Virus record (IMG/VR): IMGVR_UViG_3300032216_000678
Span: 1 to 33,791 of that record
Length of the DNA stretch: 33,791 nucleotides
Origin: a virus
Lineage: Duplodnaviria; Caudoviricetes
Reading direction: 5' to 3' (one strand)
Below the pieces are notes generated by a model. That model searched no databases. It was not told the origin of the DNA and saw only the letters and a list, made by a program, of their open reading frames with translations. The translations under genes and the position numbers were made by a program. Shown piece by piece: positions 15,886-24,700 of this stretch; position 1 is the first letter of the stretch, and every line of letters begins with the position of its first letter.

Positions 15886-16276
15886 AGCCAGAAAAGTTGC
15901 AATGAAACAAGACAGAACTGGTTTTGTTTTGACGATTTGCATTCATCCTGACGATCTGCCTGAAGAACTAATCAGGGATTTTGTTGGGGCAAGGTACGGC
16001 TGTGCGTTGGTTCGGATTAATGACGATGAGACGCCAGTCCCATACAACAACCGTGTCAAAAAGGCGGGGATGATTTGTAAGGACAAAAGCTTTCAAAAGT
16101 TTATGTCCTCCGAGATTGCTGGCTCTCCAATCAATGAAGACCAAGCCGCAACCTACCTGTGTGAACACTGCGGCATCGAGTCACGCTCTGAGTTAAACGG
16201 GAACGTTACCGCTCAAGTGTTGTTTGATGAATTAATACTTGATTACGAAAGTTGGAATAAAAATGATCCCTTCTAA
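15869..16276 (+). CDS. Hypothetical phage protein
   Basis: AAGGA RBS; 135 aa; CGIESRSEL motif. Confidence 0.8.
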   Translation: MALQFEARKVAMKQDRTGFVLTICIHPDDLPEELIRDFVGARYGCALVRINDDETPVPYNNRVKKAGMICKDKSFQKFMSSEIAGSPINEDQAATYLCEHCGIESRSELNGNVTAQVLFDELILDYESWNKNDPF

Positions 16277-16601
16277 AAACTACAAGCCGTTTATGACGTA
16301 CTTGTCTCCAAAAGAGCATGTAAACCTGAAGAAGTTTTCCAAGGCCAGCAAGGTACCAATGTCGCAGTTGGTGCGTGAGGGTGTTGCCGCTCGACTGTCT
16401 GGGGAAAATCCATACAACACAGGATTCAATGACGGGCTGAAGAAGTCGGTAGAGGTTACCAAGGGTCTCAAGGCTTCAGAGATGCGCTTCCCTTCAGGCA
16501 AATCATTTGGTGAGTTGGTCGAGGAGTCTGTGCTTGTTCACATTATCGTGGAGAAAAAACATGAAGCTATCCGGACAGAAGAACCAGTGCCAAGCGTGTA
16601 A
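16263..16601 (+). CDS. Ribbon-helix-helix-like DNA-binding protein
   Basis: KPFMTYLSPKEHVNLKKFSKASKVPMSQLVREGV beta-alpha-alpha pattern. Confidence 0.65.
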   Translation: MIPSKNYKPFMTYLSPKEHVNLKKFSKASKVPMSQLVREGVAARLSGENPYNTGFNDGLKKSVEVTKGLKASEMRFPSGKSFGELVEESVLVHIIVEKKHEAIRTEEPVPSV

Positions 16602-16785
16602 AGAGTACTTCAACAGTAATCTTTCATTTGATATGCACCGCACAGGAAAGCATGGCGTTAGCCGTAGATGCCGTACCCCTGATGAAATGACGGCAAAGGG
16701 TATGAGTGTAAACGCACTTGGGTTTTGGATTTCTGAATCCATGCCCGAAGAACTAAGGAAGAAACAAGAATCAACCAAAGCCTGA
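16561..16785 (+). CDS. Phage FDXHR-type zinc-binding protein
   Basis: CQAC..YF....SFDMHR....RRC. Confidence 0.75.
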   Translation: MKLSGQKNQCQACKEYFNSNLSFDMHRTGKHGVSRRCRTPDEMTAKGMSVNALGFWISESMPEELRKKQESTKA

Positions 16786-16897
16786 ACCAGTTCGCCCGTA
16801 CTTTAAAGATGTCAAGTACGTCAAAGCTGAATTTACAGATGTCACCCAAACATGGAAAAGGTTTGGATGGAAACCAGTAGAACCAAAGAAGGAATAA
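16766..16897 (+). pseudogene. Small ORF lacking a start codon (AAG where ATG is expected)
   Basis: TAAGGA RBS, then AAG-NQPKPEPVRPYFKDVKYVKAEFTDVTQTWKRFGWKPVEPKKE-stop, which fills the gap exactly. Confidence 0.5.
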
Positions 16898-16899
16898 AC

Positions 16900-17073
16900 A
16901 TGGCAGAGCATGAACAAGATTTATTTGACCTGTACGTTGGGCTAATTGTTAACGGCCTATTTTCAAAGGTTGGAGCCAACGTTAAAAAAGAAGACCTCGA
17001 TACAGCATTTGATGTCGCGGGATGGATGATTGAACGCCGCAGAAAGGAAATCCAAGATGTCAGTAATCAATAA
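16900..17073 (+). CDS. Hypothetical protein
   Basis: AAGGA RBS before the ATG at 16900. Confidence 0.7.
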   Translation: MAEHEQDLFDLYVGLIVNGLFSKVGANVKKEDLDTAFDVAGWMIERRRKEIQDVSNQ

Positions 17074-17251
17074 TCAATTGATCGACTATGCACACCCCTG
17101 CATGATGGCAGAGAAAGCCTTAAAGGATGTACACAACTCTGTACTGAAAAAGGATTTTGATGCGGCAATTAACCAAGCAGTCGAAGCCATTGTGCAAGCG
17201 AGGCTGATGTTGAATGCGCTTAACCATCAGCGCGAGGAGGCACAGAAATGA
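17057..17251 (+). CDS. Hypothetical protein
   Basis: AAGGA RBS; IDYAHPCMMAEKALK. Confidence 0.7.
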   Translation: MSVINNQLIDYAHPCMMAEKALKDVHNSVLKKDFDAAINQAVEAIVQARLMLNALNHQREEAQK

Positions 17252-17442
17252 CGCAAGAAGAATTCAGCGAATGGATTGAGCGGGTTGGGCAAATCCTGAG
17301 AGGGGTTGCTGTGTTCACTGCGTTTATTGGAGCCTGCATGGTGTCTGGATACTTTGTCACCAAGATGGAGCAAAGCGAAATGAAGAAGTCTGTCCCCGAC
17401 TGCGGCTCATGCCGCCTGTATAAACAAGGAGAAAAGAAATGA
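17248..17442 (+). CDS. Small membrane protein
   Basis: GAGGAGG RBS; one hydrophobic helix. Confidence 0.7.
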   Translation: MTQEEFSEWIERVGQILRGVAVFTAFIGACMVSGYFVTKMEQSEMKKSVPDCGSCRLYKQGEKK

Positions 17443-17759
17443 AACGCTTATTGGTTATCGCCGCCCTTGTGTGCGGCACTGCACACGCCGACTTTAAAAC
17501 TGGAAACGAGCTACTGTCTGATATGGAGTCAACTGTTGGCTACACAGAAGGCACAGTTATGGGCTATGTCAAAGGCGTGATTGATGCCTATGGTGGTTTA
17601 TTCCTTTGTCCACCTGCCACCCTTACCGGAGGACAATCGGTTGCAATCGTGCGCCTATATCTTGAACGCAATCCCTCTGAGCGGCACGAGGGTGCATCCG
17701 TGCTGATCTTCCGTTCAATGAAACAGTGGCCTTGCAAGAAGAGCGGGAGTTCGCTATGA
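17439..17759 (+). CDS. Secreted Rap1a/Tai-like immunity-family protein
   Basis: Signal peptide ending AHA; TGNELL...GYVKGVID...CPP..T..Q...IV..YL..NP..RH...WPC. Confidence 0.8.
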   Translation: MKRLLVIAALVCGTAHADFKTGNELLSDMESTVGYTEGTVMGYVKGVIDAYGGLFLCPPATLTGGQSVAIVRLYLERNPSERHEGASVLIFRSMKQWPCKKSGSSL

Positions 17760-17845
17760 CTTGGCCTTTCCCTACAGCGCCTATCCCAGTAGACCACAAG
17801 CCGCCGAAGTTCAATCCTAACAACTTTGAGGATGCACCGTTATGA
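17756..17845 (+). CDS. Small Pro-rich peptide (29 aa)
   Basis: Manual translation MTWPFPTAPIPVDHKPPKFNPNNFEDAPL; GGAG RBS; ATGA overlaps at both ends. Confidence 0.65.
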   Translation: MTWPFPTAPIPVDHKPPKFNPNNFEDAPL

Positions 17846-18024
17846 CTAAAGACACAGAACCCCAAGCGTTTCCAAGCAACCAAAACTGCGTTGGCATGAC
17901 CCTGCATGATTACTTTGCGGCGAAGGCGATGCAAGGTCTGCTTGCTGGCGGTGCAACAAGCGAACAGGTACTCAAGTATTCGTATAAATATGCAGATGAG
18001 ATGCTGAAAGCGAGGGAAGCATGA
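17842..18024 (+). CDS. Hypothetical phage protein (GMTLxDYFAAKAMQG family)
   Basis: Common small phage motif AFP...GMTLHDYFAAKAMQG...ADEMLKAR. Confidence 0.8.
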   Translation: MTKDTEPQAFPSNQNCVGMTLHDYFAAKAMQGLLAGGATSEQVLKYSYKYADEMLKAREA

Positions 18025-18272
18025 CCTACGAAGAATTTTTAGATTTTGTGCCAGCCAAGTGCCTATACGAAACCATTTACGACGACAGCGATGGCCGCAC
18101 CATTCTTGTTATTCGTATGCTGAATGCGTATGGCATGGTGAACGAAGCTGCCAAGCGTGAATGGGTTGGGCTGACGAAGGATGAAAAAGAGGCGCTGTCT
18201 TACAAAGCCGAAGGCAACACATGGACAGCGGTTGAACTGACCGAAGCCAAACTCAAGGAGAAGAACATATGA
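18021..18272 (+). CDS. Hypothetical phage protein (REWVGLT...EAKLKEKN C-terminal module)
   Basis: Recurrent C-terminal module of small phage ORFs; coupled. Confidence 0.75.
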   Translation: MTYEEFLDFVPAKCLYETIYDDSDGRTILVIRMLNAYGMVNEAAKREWVGLTKDEKEALSYKAEGNTWTAVELTEAKLKEKNI

Positions 18273-18538
18273 ACTTAACCAAACTGAACAAGCGCGACTA
18301 CCCCAAACTACAAGAGGAGCGGGTACTGCGTAGCAACCCCAAGACATCCCTGCACACCTTTGCCAAGAAGCTGGACGACAACAAGCTGGCTGAGAAGTAT
18401 CGCAAAGCTGTAGGAGGCGTTTACACGAAGCGTGTACGTGATCCTAACGAGGCTCTCCCAAGGACTGGAGACTGGCGCAGTGGGATTTATGAACCCAAGG
18501 ATTCAGAGGCAAGAGTTGGATTGGCACGTTATTCTTAA
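18269..18538 (+). CDS. Hypothetical basic protein
   Basis: AAGGAG RBS, ATGA coupling. Confidence 0.7.
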   Translation: MNLTKLNKRDYPKLQEERVLRSNPKTSLHTFAKKLDDNKLAEKYRKAVGGVYTKRVRDPNEALPRTGDWRSGIYEPKDSEARVGLARYS

Positions 18539-18550
18539 ATGGAGAACATT

Positions 18551-18865
18551 ATGAAATTTGGCACCGCATTTTTTAAGTTGTTTCGCAAGAATGATCCACA
18601 CACTTCAGCCGAAGCTGCGGGGAAGGTGGACACCACCAAGCTGGAGCAGATGGTTTATGAGACCATTAAGAAGTTCGGGGAGAAGGGATGCATCAGTGAT
18701 GATGTCTTGGCCGTTTATCCTTACCTTCCCTACTCCAGCGTCACTGCCCGATATAAGTCTTTGATGGACAAGGGTTTGATTGATGTGATTGGAGTCCGCA
18801 CCGGACGTTCAGGGCGTAACCAAAGGGTTATGGTTACCTGTGATCACAAAGAAAAGAAAACATGA
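18551..18865 (+). CDS. Winged-helix DNA-binding protein
   Basis: RKNDPHTSAEAA...SSVTARYKSLMDKGLI...GRSGRNQRV. Confidence 0.7.
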   Translation: MKFGTAFFKLFRKNDPHTSAEAAGKVDTTKLEQMVYETIKKFGEKGCISDDVLAVYPYLPYSSVTARYKSLMDKGLIDVIGVRTGRSGRNQRVMVTCDHKEKKT

Positions 18866-19083
18866 AAACCATTATTCATGTGAACCAACATGTGGTCAAA
18901 GCTAACCGTTTAAACAGGGAGAATAATCCTGTATTGACAGTCAAGACATACAAGGACAACAGGTATGTCCATGAGGTCGTGATCCACGGCATGAGCAAAG
19001 TTGTTTATAAGCCTGAGAAGCCGCTGTCCTGCGGCGCACATGTTTGGATTGAAACCCAAGAGGAAGTGGAGATTGTTAAATGA
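18862..19083 (+). CDS. Hypothetical phage protein
   Basis: IIHVNQH...PVLTVK...KPLSCGAHVWIET. Confidence 0.8.
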   Translation: MKTIIHVNQHVVKANRLNRENNPVLTVKTYKDNRYVHEVVIHGMSKVVYKPEKPLSCGAHVWIETQEEVEIVK

Positions 19084-19337
19084 TTTCCCGTCACCCAGAA
19101 CTACGGGCTTTGTTGCGTGAACACGCTGACGGCTTGACTATTGCACAGCTTGCGGTACAGCTGCGTTTAAAGGTGAAGGATATGAGGCCAAACAGTATCC
19201 AAACATCGTTAGCCACTATGCCAGACGCCTACATTGATCGCTGGGAAGGGCCAAACAGGGGCCAATATGCAGCGGTGTGGTGTGTGGTTGTGCCACCAGA
19301 GAACTGCCCTAAACCTACACTGAAGGAGGACACATGA
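19080..19337 (+). CDS. Hypothetical HTH-like protein
   Basis: DGLTIAQLA...MPDAYIDRW...VWCVVVPPENCPKP. Confidence 0.75.
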   Translation: MISRHPELRALLREHADGLTIAQLAVQLRLKVKDMRPNSIQTSLATMPDAYIDRWEGPNRGQYAAVWCVVVPPENCPKPTLKEDT

Positions 19338-19516
19338 GACTAGCCCTCATTTGTTTGTTTTTGTCGGGCTGTGGCCCCAGCTGTCAAGAGCAGGGCGGTA
19401 GATTAATTCAAGATGGTTACTACTATGTGTGGCAGTGGATAGATGCGACCAAAGGTATTGGTTACATGCAACCACACCCAAATTACGTTTGCATAAAGGA
19501 GAAGAACAATGGATAA
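19334..19516 (+). CDS. Putative small lipoprotein
   Basis: MRLALICLFLSGC lipobox; AGGAGG RBS. Confidence 0.65.
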   Translation: MRLALICLFLSGCGPSCQEQGGRLIQDGYYYVWQWIDATKGIGYMQPHPNYVCIKEKNNG

Positions 19517-19709
19517 ACCCATCGGCTGGCTCAGAATCATTGGGCGCAACGCTTACTTCAGCATGGAGGAACCTGTGGGCAAGATCGGGATTCGAGTCCC
19601 GCTTGCCGTCCATAAGGAACCTACACCGCAATCACCTGACCGCGAAACTCCACATGGTTCTCATCAAACTTGTGAACGATCTCCGGCCACAACAATTGTC
19701 CATCTTTAA
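19509..19709 (+). CDS. Hypothetical protein (overlaps a convergent gene)
   Basis: TAAAGGAG RBS; 89-nt tail-to-tail overlap. Confidence 0.45.
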   Translation: MDKPIGWLRIIGRNAYFSMEEPVGKIGIRVPLAVHKEPTPQSPDRETPHGSHQTCERSPATTIVHL

Positions 19710-20583
19710 ACGTTAAGACGGCAAAGCCCGACCGCCAGTTAGTTGGGCTGTCTTCAAGGTAGTTCACGAACTGGGGGCCATTTGGCTCTGCCAGTGTTCC
19801 GGTATCCACGCCAAAACGATTGCCCGTGTAATCTGAGAAGGGCGTTACCTTCAGAGAATGCAGATGCCCCGTAACCATTGAAACACCAGAGTTGACGGTG
19901 TTGTTGTGCGTCGCATGAATTCCCCCCTTGTAGCGGTGTTTAACCACTACTGTGTTGGTGGGCCAGCAAGCCCAGCAGGGCGTCCATGCAGGGAAATGAT
20001 CCTTTAAACTGAAGCCCTTGATTTGTTCATACTGAGGGGCATTTGCAGCTAGTCTGACCTCATAACGGGCGTCATGGTTACCCATCGGCCACACAAGTTT
20101 GACGTTGGAGTATGCCTTCTTAGCCGCCTCCTCAATCTCACCCATTGCGATTTCACAGGCTTTCAATTCTTGGATCACGGAGGGTGTGTTATCGAAGCCG
20201 ATTCTGGGGAACCTGCTGATGCTGGCTCCGTCAAAAATATCGCCGTTCGCGATGACGGCCTTGGGAGCCAGTTCGCTAATTGCCCACAGTAACCCACGAT
20301 AAGCGGTTGTATGAATCCCCGGCCAGAAATGTGCGTCGCTGAAAACGATGACCGTACCATTTTCGATGCCAAGGTTTACACGCGCAGCCGAAACAAAGGT
20401 TGATTCGCTGATACGCTTTTGCGGGGTGTCAACCTCAAAAACAATTCCAAGCTTATCTTGGACTCTGATCTTGCGCTTTTGCAAACTTCTGAGGTCCATT
20501 TTCAATTCACGGGCCATCACACCCAATGATTTGTATTTCCGCATCATCTGAATAAATTCGGACTCAGTTAATTTTTCGCGCAT
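19621..20583 (-). CDS. Calcineurin-like metallophosphoesterase with N-terminal HTH-like region
   Basis: SDAH, NGDIFD, GNHD, H and GHLH motifs. Confidence 0.9.
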   Translation of the reverse strand: MREKLTESEFIQMMRKYKSLGVMARELKMDLRSLQKRKIRVQDKLGIVFEVDTPQKRISESTFVSAARVNLGIENGTVIVFSDAHFWPGIHTTAYRGLLWAISELAPKAVIANGDIFDGASISRFPRIGFDNTPSVIQELKACEIAMGEIEEAAKKAYSNVKLVWPMGNHDARYEVRLAANAPQYEQIKGFSLKDHFPAWTPCWACWPTNTVVVKHRYKGGIHATHNNTVNSGVSMVTGHLHSLKVTPFSDYTGNRFGVDTGTLAEPNGPQFVNYLEDSPTNWRSGFAVLTFKDGQLLWPEIVHKFDENHVEFRGQVIAV

Positions 20584-20585
20584 GA

Positions 20586-21014
20586 TCAGTCTTTCAATTT
20601 AAGTCGCCAGTACAGGGTGCCTTTTGCACCCCAAGGTGATGAAGGCTCGAACAACTTGAATCCCATGCCTATCAGCGAGTTGCTTGATGCTGGGTTCTCG
20701 TATGTATCAGTGATTAACCATTGCCATCCGTTTGCTTTTGCTTGCCGGATTCTGACTTGAATAAGTTTCTTCTGAGTCCCTTTGCCTCTACAATTTGGGA
20801 CAACACCCGCTCGGCAGAGATAGCCAGTGTCAGACCAGCGAACAGAGGGAACAAGACCAGCAAAACCAATCGGATCACCGCCGTCATTAGAAGCCACCCA
20901 CCAATAACCAGAATTTGTTTTATGAGGTTTATCATATGGAAGACAAATTTGCTGAAGCGCAGACAATGTGTTTTGCGTTTCAAGGCTACGGAGGTTGACG
21001 CGCTTGATCTTCAT
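20586..21014 (-). CDS. GNAT acetyltransferase
   Basis: RAGVVPNCRGKGTQKKLI acetyl-CoA motif A; NPASSNSLIGMGF. Confidence 0.9.
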   Translation of the reverse strand: MKIKRVNLRSLETQNTLSALQQICLPYDKPHKTNSGYWWVASNDGGDPIGFAGLVPSVRWSDTGYLCRAGVVPNCRGKGTQKKLIQVRIRQAKANGWQWLITDTYENPASSNSLIGMGFKLFEPSSPWGAKGTLYWRLKLKD

Positions 21015-21049
21015 GCTACATATTTTAACAACGCGAACTTTACCATAAT

Positions 21050-21298
21050 ATGACAAAATTGAATGAAACACGTTTAAATGTTGAGTATTGGGAAGATAGT
21101 GACGTCATAAAAAGCACCGATAATGACTTCAATTGGCAGAGGTCTAGGCTTGTTGATGAGATACAAGAGGACATCAAAAAGTCTGGGTCAAGGAAGTTAA
21201 ACAGGGTTGGCAGAACTGCCAAAGGACAGCCATACTACACACAGCCTTTGGAAAAGGCTTATCAGAAAGCATTCTTTACTAAGCGAGGAAAAAGATGA
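21050..21298 (+). CDS. Hypothetical protein
   Basis: 82-aa ORF coupled to the next gene; start uncertain. Confidence 0.5.
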   Translation: MTKLNETRLNVEYWEDSDVIKSTDNDFNWQRSRLVDEIQEDIKKSGSRKLNRVGRTAKGQPYYTQPLEKAYQKAFFTKRGKR

Positions 21299-21501
21299 CA
21301 AAGGAAATTGAAGTTGTATTTGCGCCCGGCTGCTTTGATGATTTTGACGGCACACAAGAGGAGCTGGATGAGTTGATTGCAGAGATTCGTCAGATGGTCA
21401 AAGACGGCAGCTTTATGGACAATTCTGTTCCAGTGGATGAGCGAGATGAGGAAGAGATTATGGACATCCTGATTGCTCAGGAAAACAGAAACACACAATG
21501 A
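21295..21501 (+). CDS. Acidic hypothetical protein
   Basis: VVFAPGCFDDFDGTQEELDELIAEI; GAGG RBS. Confidence 0.75.
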   Translation: MTKEIEVVFAPGCFDDFDGTQEELDELIAEIRQMVKDGSFMDNSVPVDERDEEEIMDILIAQENRNTQ

Positions 21502-21788
21502 CCTATAGAAACAAGAAGCTTCTTGAGGCCGTTCGTGAGGCTCCTTGTATGCACTGTGGGGCGCAGGATGGCACTGTAGTCGCCGCCCACTCCAACCAAC
21601 AGCGTGACGGTAAAGGCATGGGCATCAAAGCCTCAGACTACCGCATCGCCGCCCTCTGCCACATCTGCCACTTCCAGTTGGATCAAGGGCTTCTGTGGAA
21701 CAAAGAGCAAAGGCGTGAGGTATGGGAAGACGCCCACCGCAAAACGATGGGCTGGCTCTTCGACAACGATATTATTTCAGTTCGCTGA
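21498..21788 (+). CDS. YbcO/DUF1364-like Zn-binding putative nuclease
   Basis: CMHC...VVAAHSN...GKGMGIKASD..IAALCHICH. Confidence 0.8.
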   Translation: MTYRNKKLLEAVREAPCMHCGAQDGTVVAAHSNQQRDGKGMGIKASDYRIAALCHICHFQLDQGLLWNKEQRREVWEDAHRKTMGWLFDNDIISVR

Positions 21789-24700
21789 TTGTCTTCTTCA
21801 GGGTCTGGATGTTGGCCGTCAGGTTCTTCTCCGCCCTTCCAATCGCAGTCAAAGCATCTCTCTTCTCTTCTGCGCTCATGGGTGAGTTTGTGATCTGGCG
21901 GCGCATGTCTCTCAATTGAGTCATGGTCTTGTCCATCTGGGAAACCATAGGTCTGACCGCCAGCGCCCCCACATTCTCCTGCAAGTACCTTGCGTAGTCC
22001 TCTGGCCTACTCGTCTTTTCCAAAAGGTTCATCGTTCGCACGGTTGTGTCAACGGTGTGCTTCAGGTCGTAGTAGGCCGTCACAGAGCCACGCGCCTCTG
22101 GGTCAATTGCAAAGCGTTTAATCACCGGCATCTGTTCAAACCGCTTAGCCGGTTTAGGGCTGTCGCTGTTTAAATCCATGATGGTGTCGATCAGGTCAAC
22201 TGCGTACATGCCCATCGTTCCGGTGTAGCCCTTGATGACGTGATCCGTCTTGAGTGGGGATAACCCTAACTTACCAAGGAACTCAGCCAGTGCTGACGTT
22301 CCCGGCCCGACTTGGAACTCAGGATCAATGTCCTTCATGCCAGCGCCAACGATCTCCCTCTGGGTGAAGAAGTTGTAGTTGGTCATGGACTCAAGGATAG
22401 GCTTCATGGTCTGCGGAATGTAGGCGGCAGGACTCAGCGGCACAAAGCTGTTAGCTGCTCTGTACATAGCCTTGCGGAAGTCTTCACCCGTATCTGTTCC
22501 GAAGAAGTAGGCAGCAATCCGCTCGGGTACCGTTTTAAACAGGGTACCCACCTCAAACGGGATTGGGATTCGTCCAACGCCCGGGATGATCCAGTTGTTG
22601 TCTTTGGTCTCTTGCTCCTGATCCTCGTAGTCTGGATTACCCGCCACTGCGAAGTAGTACATCATGGACAGGCCCAGCATGGTCATGCCGCGCACCCAGA
22701 ACTTACGCTGGATTTCCTTGGCGTCAGCTGTATTCATGTTGCCGGTGGAGGCGCGGTAGAACACATCCAGACCTTGGATACGTGCATTCAAGAATGGGAC
22801 TGCCGCAGTCAAAATGCGAACGACTGGAGAGCTACCCTTGCGGTTGAAGTTCATCACCTCTTGTGCGCGGTACAGGGCTTCAGCCTCGTCGCCTGTCTCC
22901 TTCAATACACGCTCGTAAACAGCCATACGGGTGGCTGCATCCGACGCCGTCGTGGCGTGCTCCAAACCGTCCCACACAGATTTAAACGGGGTAAGCAAAC
23001 TCTTGCCGTGGCCGGATTTCTTTTCCAAATCCTTGGCGAAGGTTTTGCCAGACTGCTCAACGTTGGCGCTGAACTCGTACCCACCAAGGATACCGGCGTC
23101 CATTAAAGCTTCAAAGGATGGATCAACACCCTTCATGGCCTTACCAAAGTTGATAATGGTTCCCGCAATTGGAGTCATGTTTGCACCGCTGGTCACGTAG
23201 GCCGACAGTGAGTCACGCAACAAGTTGGTCATAATGAAGCCCGGATCGCGTGTAACCACGTTACGCAGGAAGTTTGCCGGGGCCGACAGCAGGCCCATAA
23301 ATGGCAGCTCTGGCATGTTTAAACTCTTCACTGCGTCGATAAAGAGCTGATCGGTACACTGATACTGAACCTGTTTGCCGTTCTCCAGAACCGAAATAGT
23401 CTCCAGTGCCGAGACCTTCGACCCCGGCTGAATATCGTGAACAATCAGGACATCCTTACCCACCTTTACAGCCCTCTGTGCGGCGATGTTTTTCATGCCT
23501 GCACCGATGGCCGCATGGGTATTGCGGGTGATGGTTTCAAGGAAATCAGCCAGAGGTGCTTCACCACCCTTCAGCGCCTTGGGTGTCTTGACGCCGGAGA
23601 TAGCATTGTAAATCTTTGGTCCAAGGGTCTGCTCTCCGTCCATCTGGCGATAGAAGGGGATGTAGTCAGAGTACATGGTGAACTGACGGGCAGCTTCATC
23701 CGAAAGAACACCCGCCTTCTTCTGGTAATCCACCAGCGCATTGTTGAACTCCACCCACTCCTTGCGGATGTCTTCAAACTCAGGAAACTTCTGACCAATT
23801 TCCGCTGCGTGTTTGATGTCGGCTGGCGTGATTAAACGCTCACGGCCTTCCGAGAATAACCGGGCACCCCGTTTAACCGCAGAGTAAAACTGGAAGTACT
23901 GGTAAACCTTGGGATCGTTGTATTTTGCCAACGGTGCAAAGATGGCGGACACGCCTTTCTTGCTGTGATCCACGAGGGTTACACCATTCCTGATAACAGG
24001 CACACCGCCACGGCGGTTGCCCACACCCATCACAGATGCAACCACACCAGAATGGTTATCTGACATCAAGGCAGCAGCCTCCGCACTGTTGCGTGCAAGC
24101 AACGCCTCGCCGCCCATCTTTTCTGCGCGAAGCTTGTCTGCTTCACTTAGTCGGTTGTAGCGGTTGATTGCCGCCTGACGGTAGGATGAGAACTTTTCAG
24201 GAGCCAAGGTGCTAAGCAGACGCTCGGCCCAGCCCTTTTGCTCGCGGGTGGTTGTTACCCGGTCAACAGCAGCGTTTACATCTGCGGACATCGTTGGCAA
24301 GCTGTAGCGGATGTTTTTGGTCTCCATTCCATATTCACCAAGGTTTCCGGTGATGGACTTGACCTGATTGGGCTGGTACACCGCATAGGTCAATGGGGAG
24401 GTCTGGCTCTTGCGAGAAACAAAGCCATCAAAGCCGATCTTGCGAATGGCCTTCTGAACCAACTTGTCTTCAATCGCGGCTGTCAAGCCCTTCTGAAGCT
24501 GGCCCTTGAGGTTTCGCTCCCACTGCTCTTGGTATTTGCTGGACTCTGCGTTCTTGTACGTGTCAGATTTTAAGTACGCAACAGCGCCAAGAATCTGATC
24601 CACATGGTCAGGGTTCCTGAAGTCAAACGGCATCTCCGAACGGGCGTACAGCGGCATCACCTTCTTCTTGGAGGGTGACAAGTCCATGAGGATTTCATCC

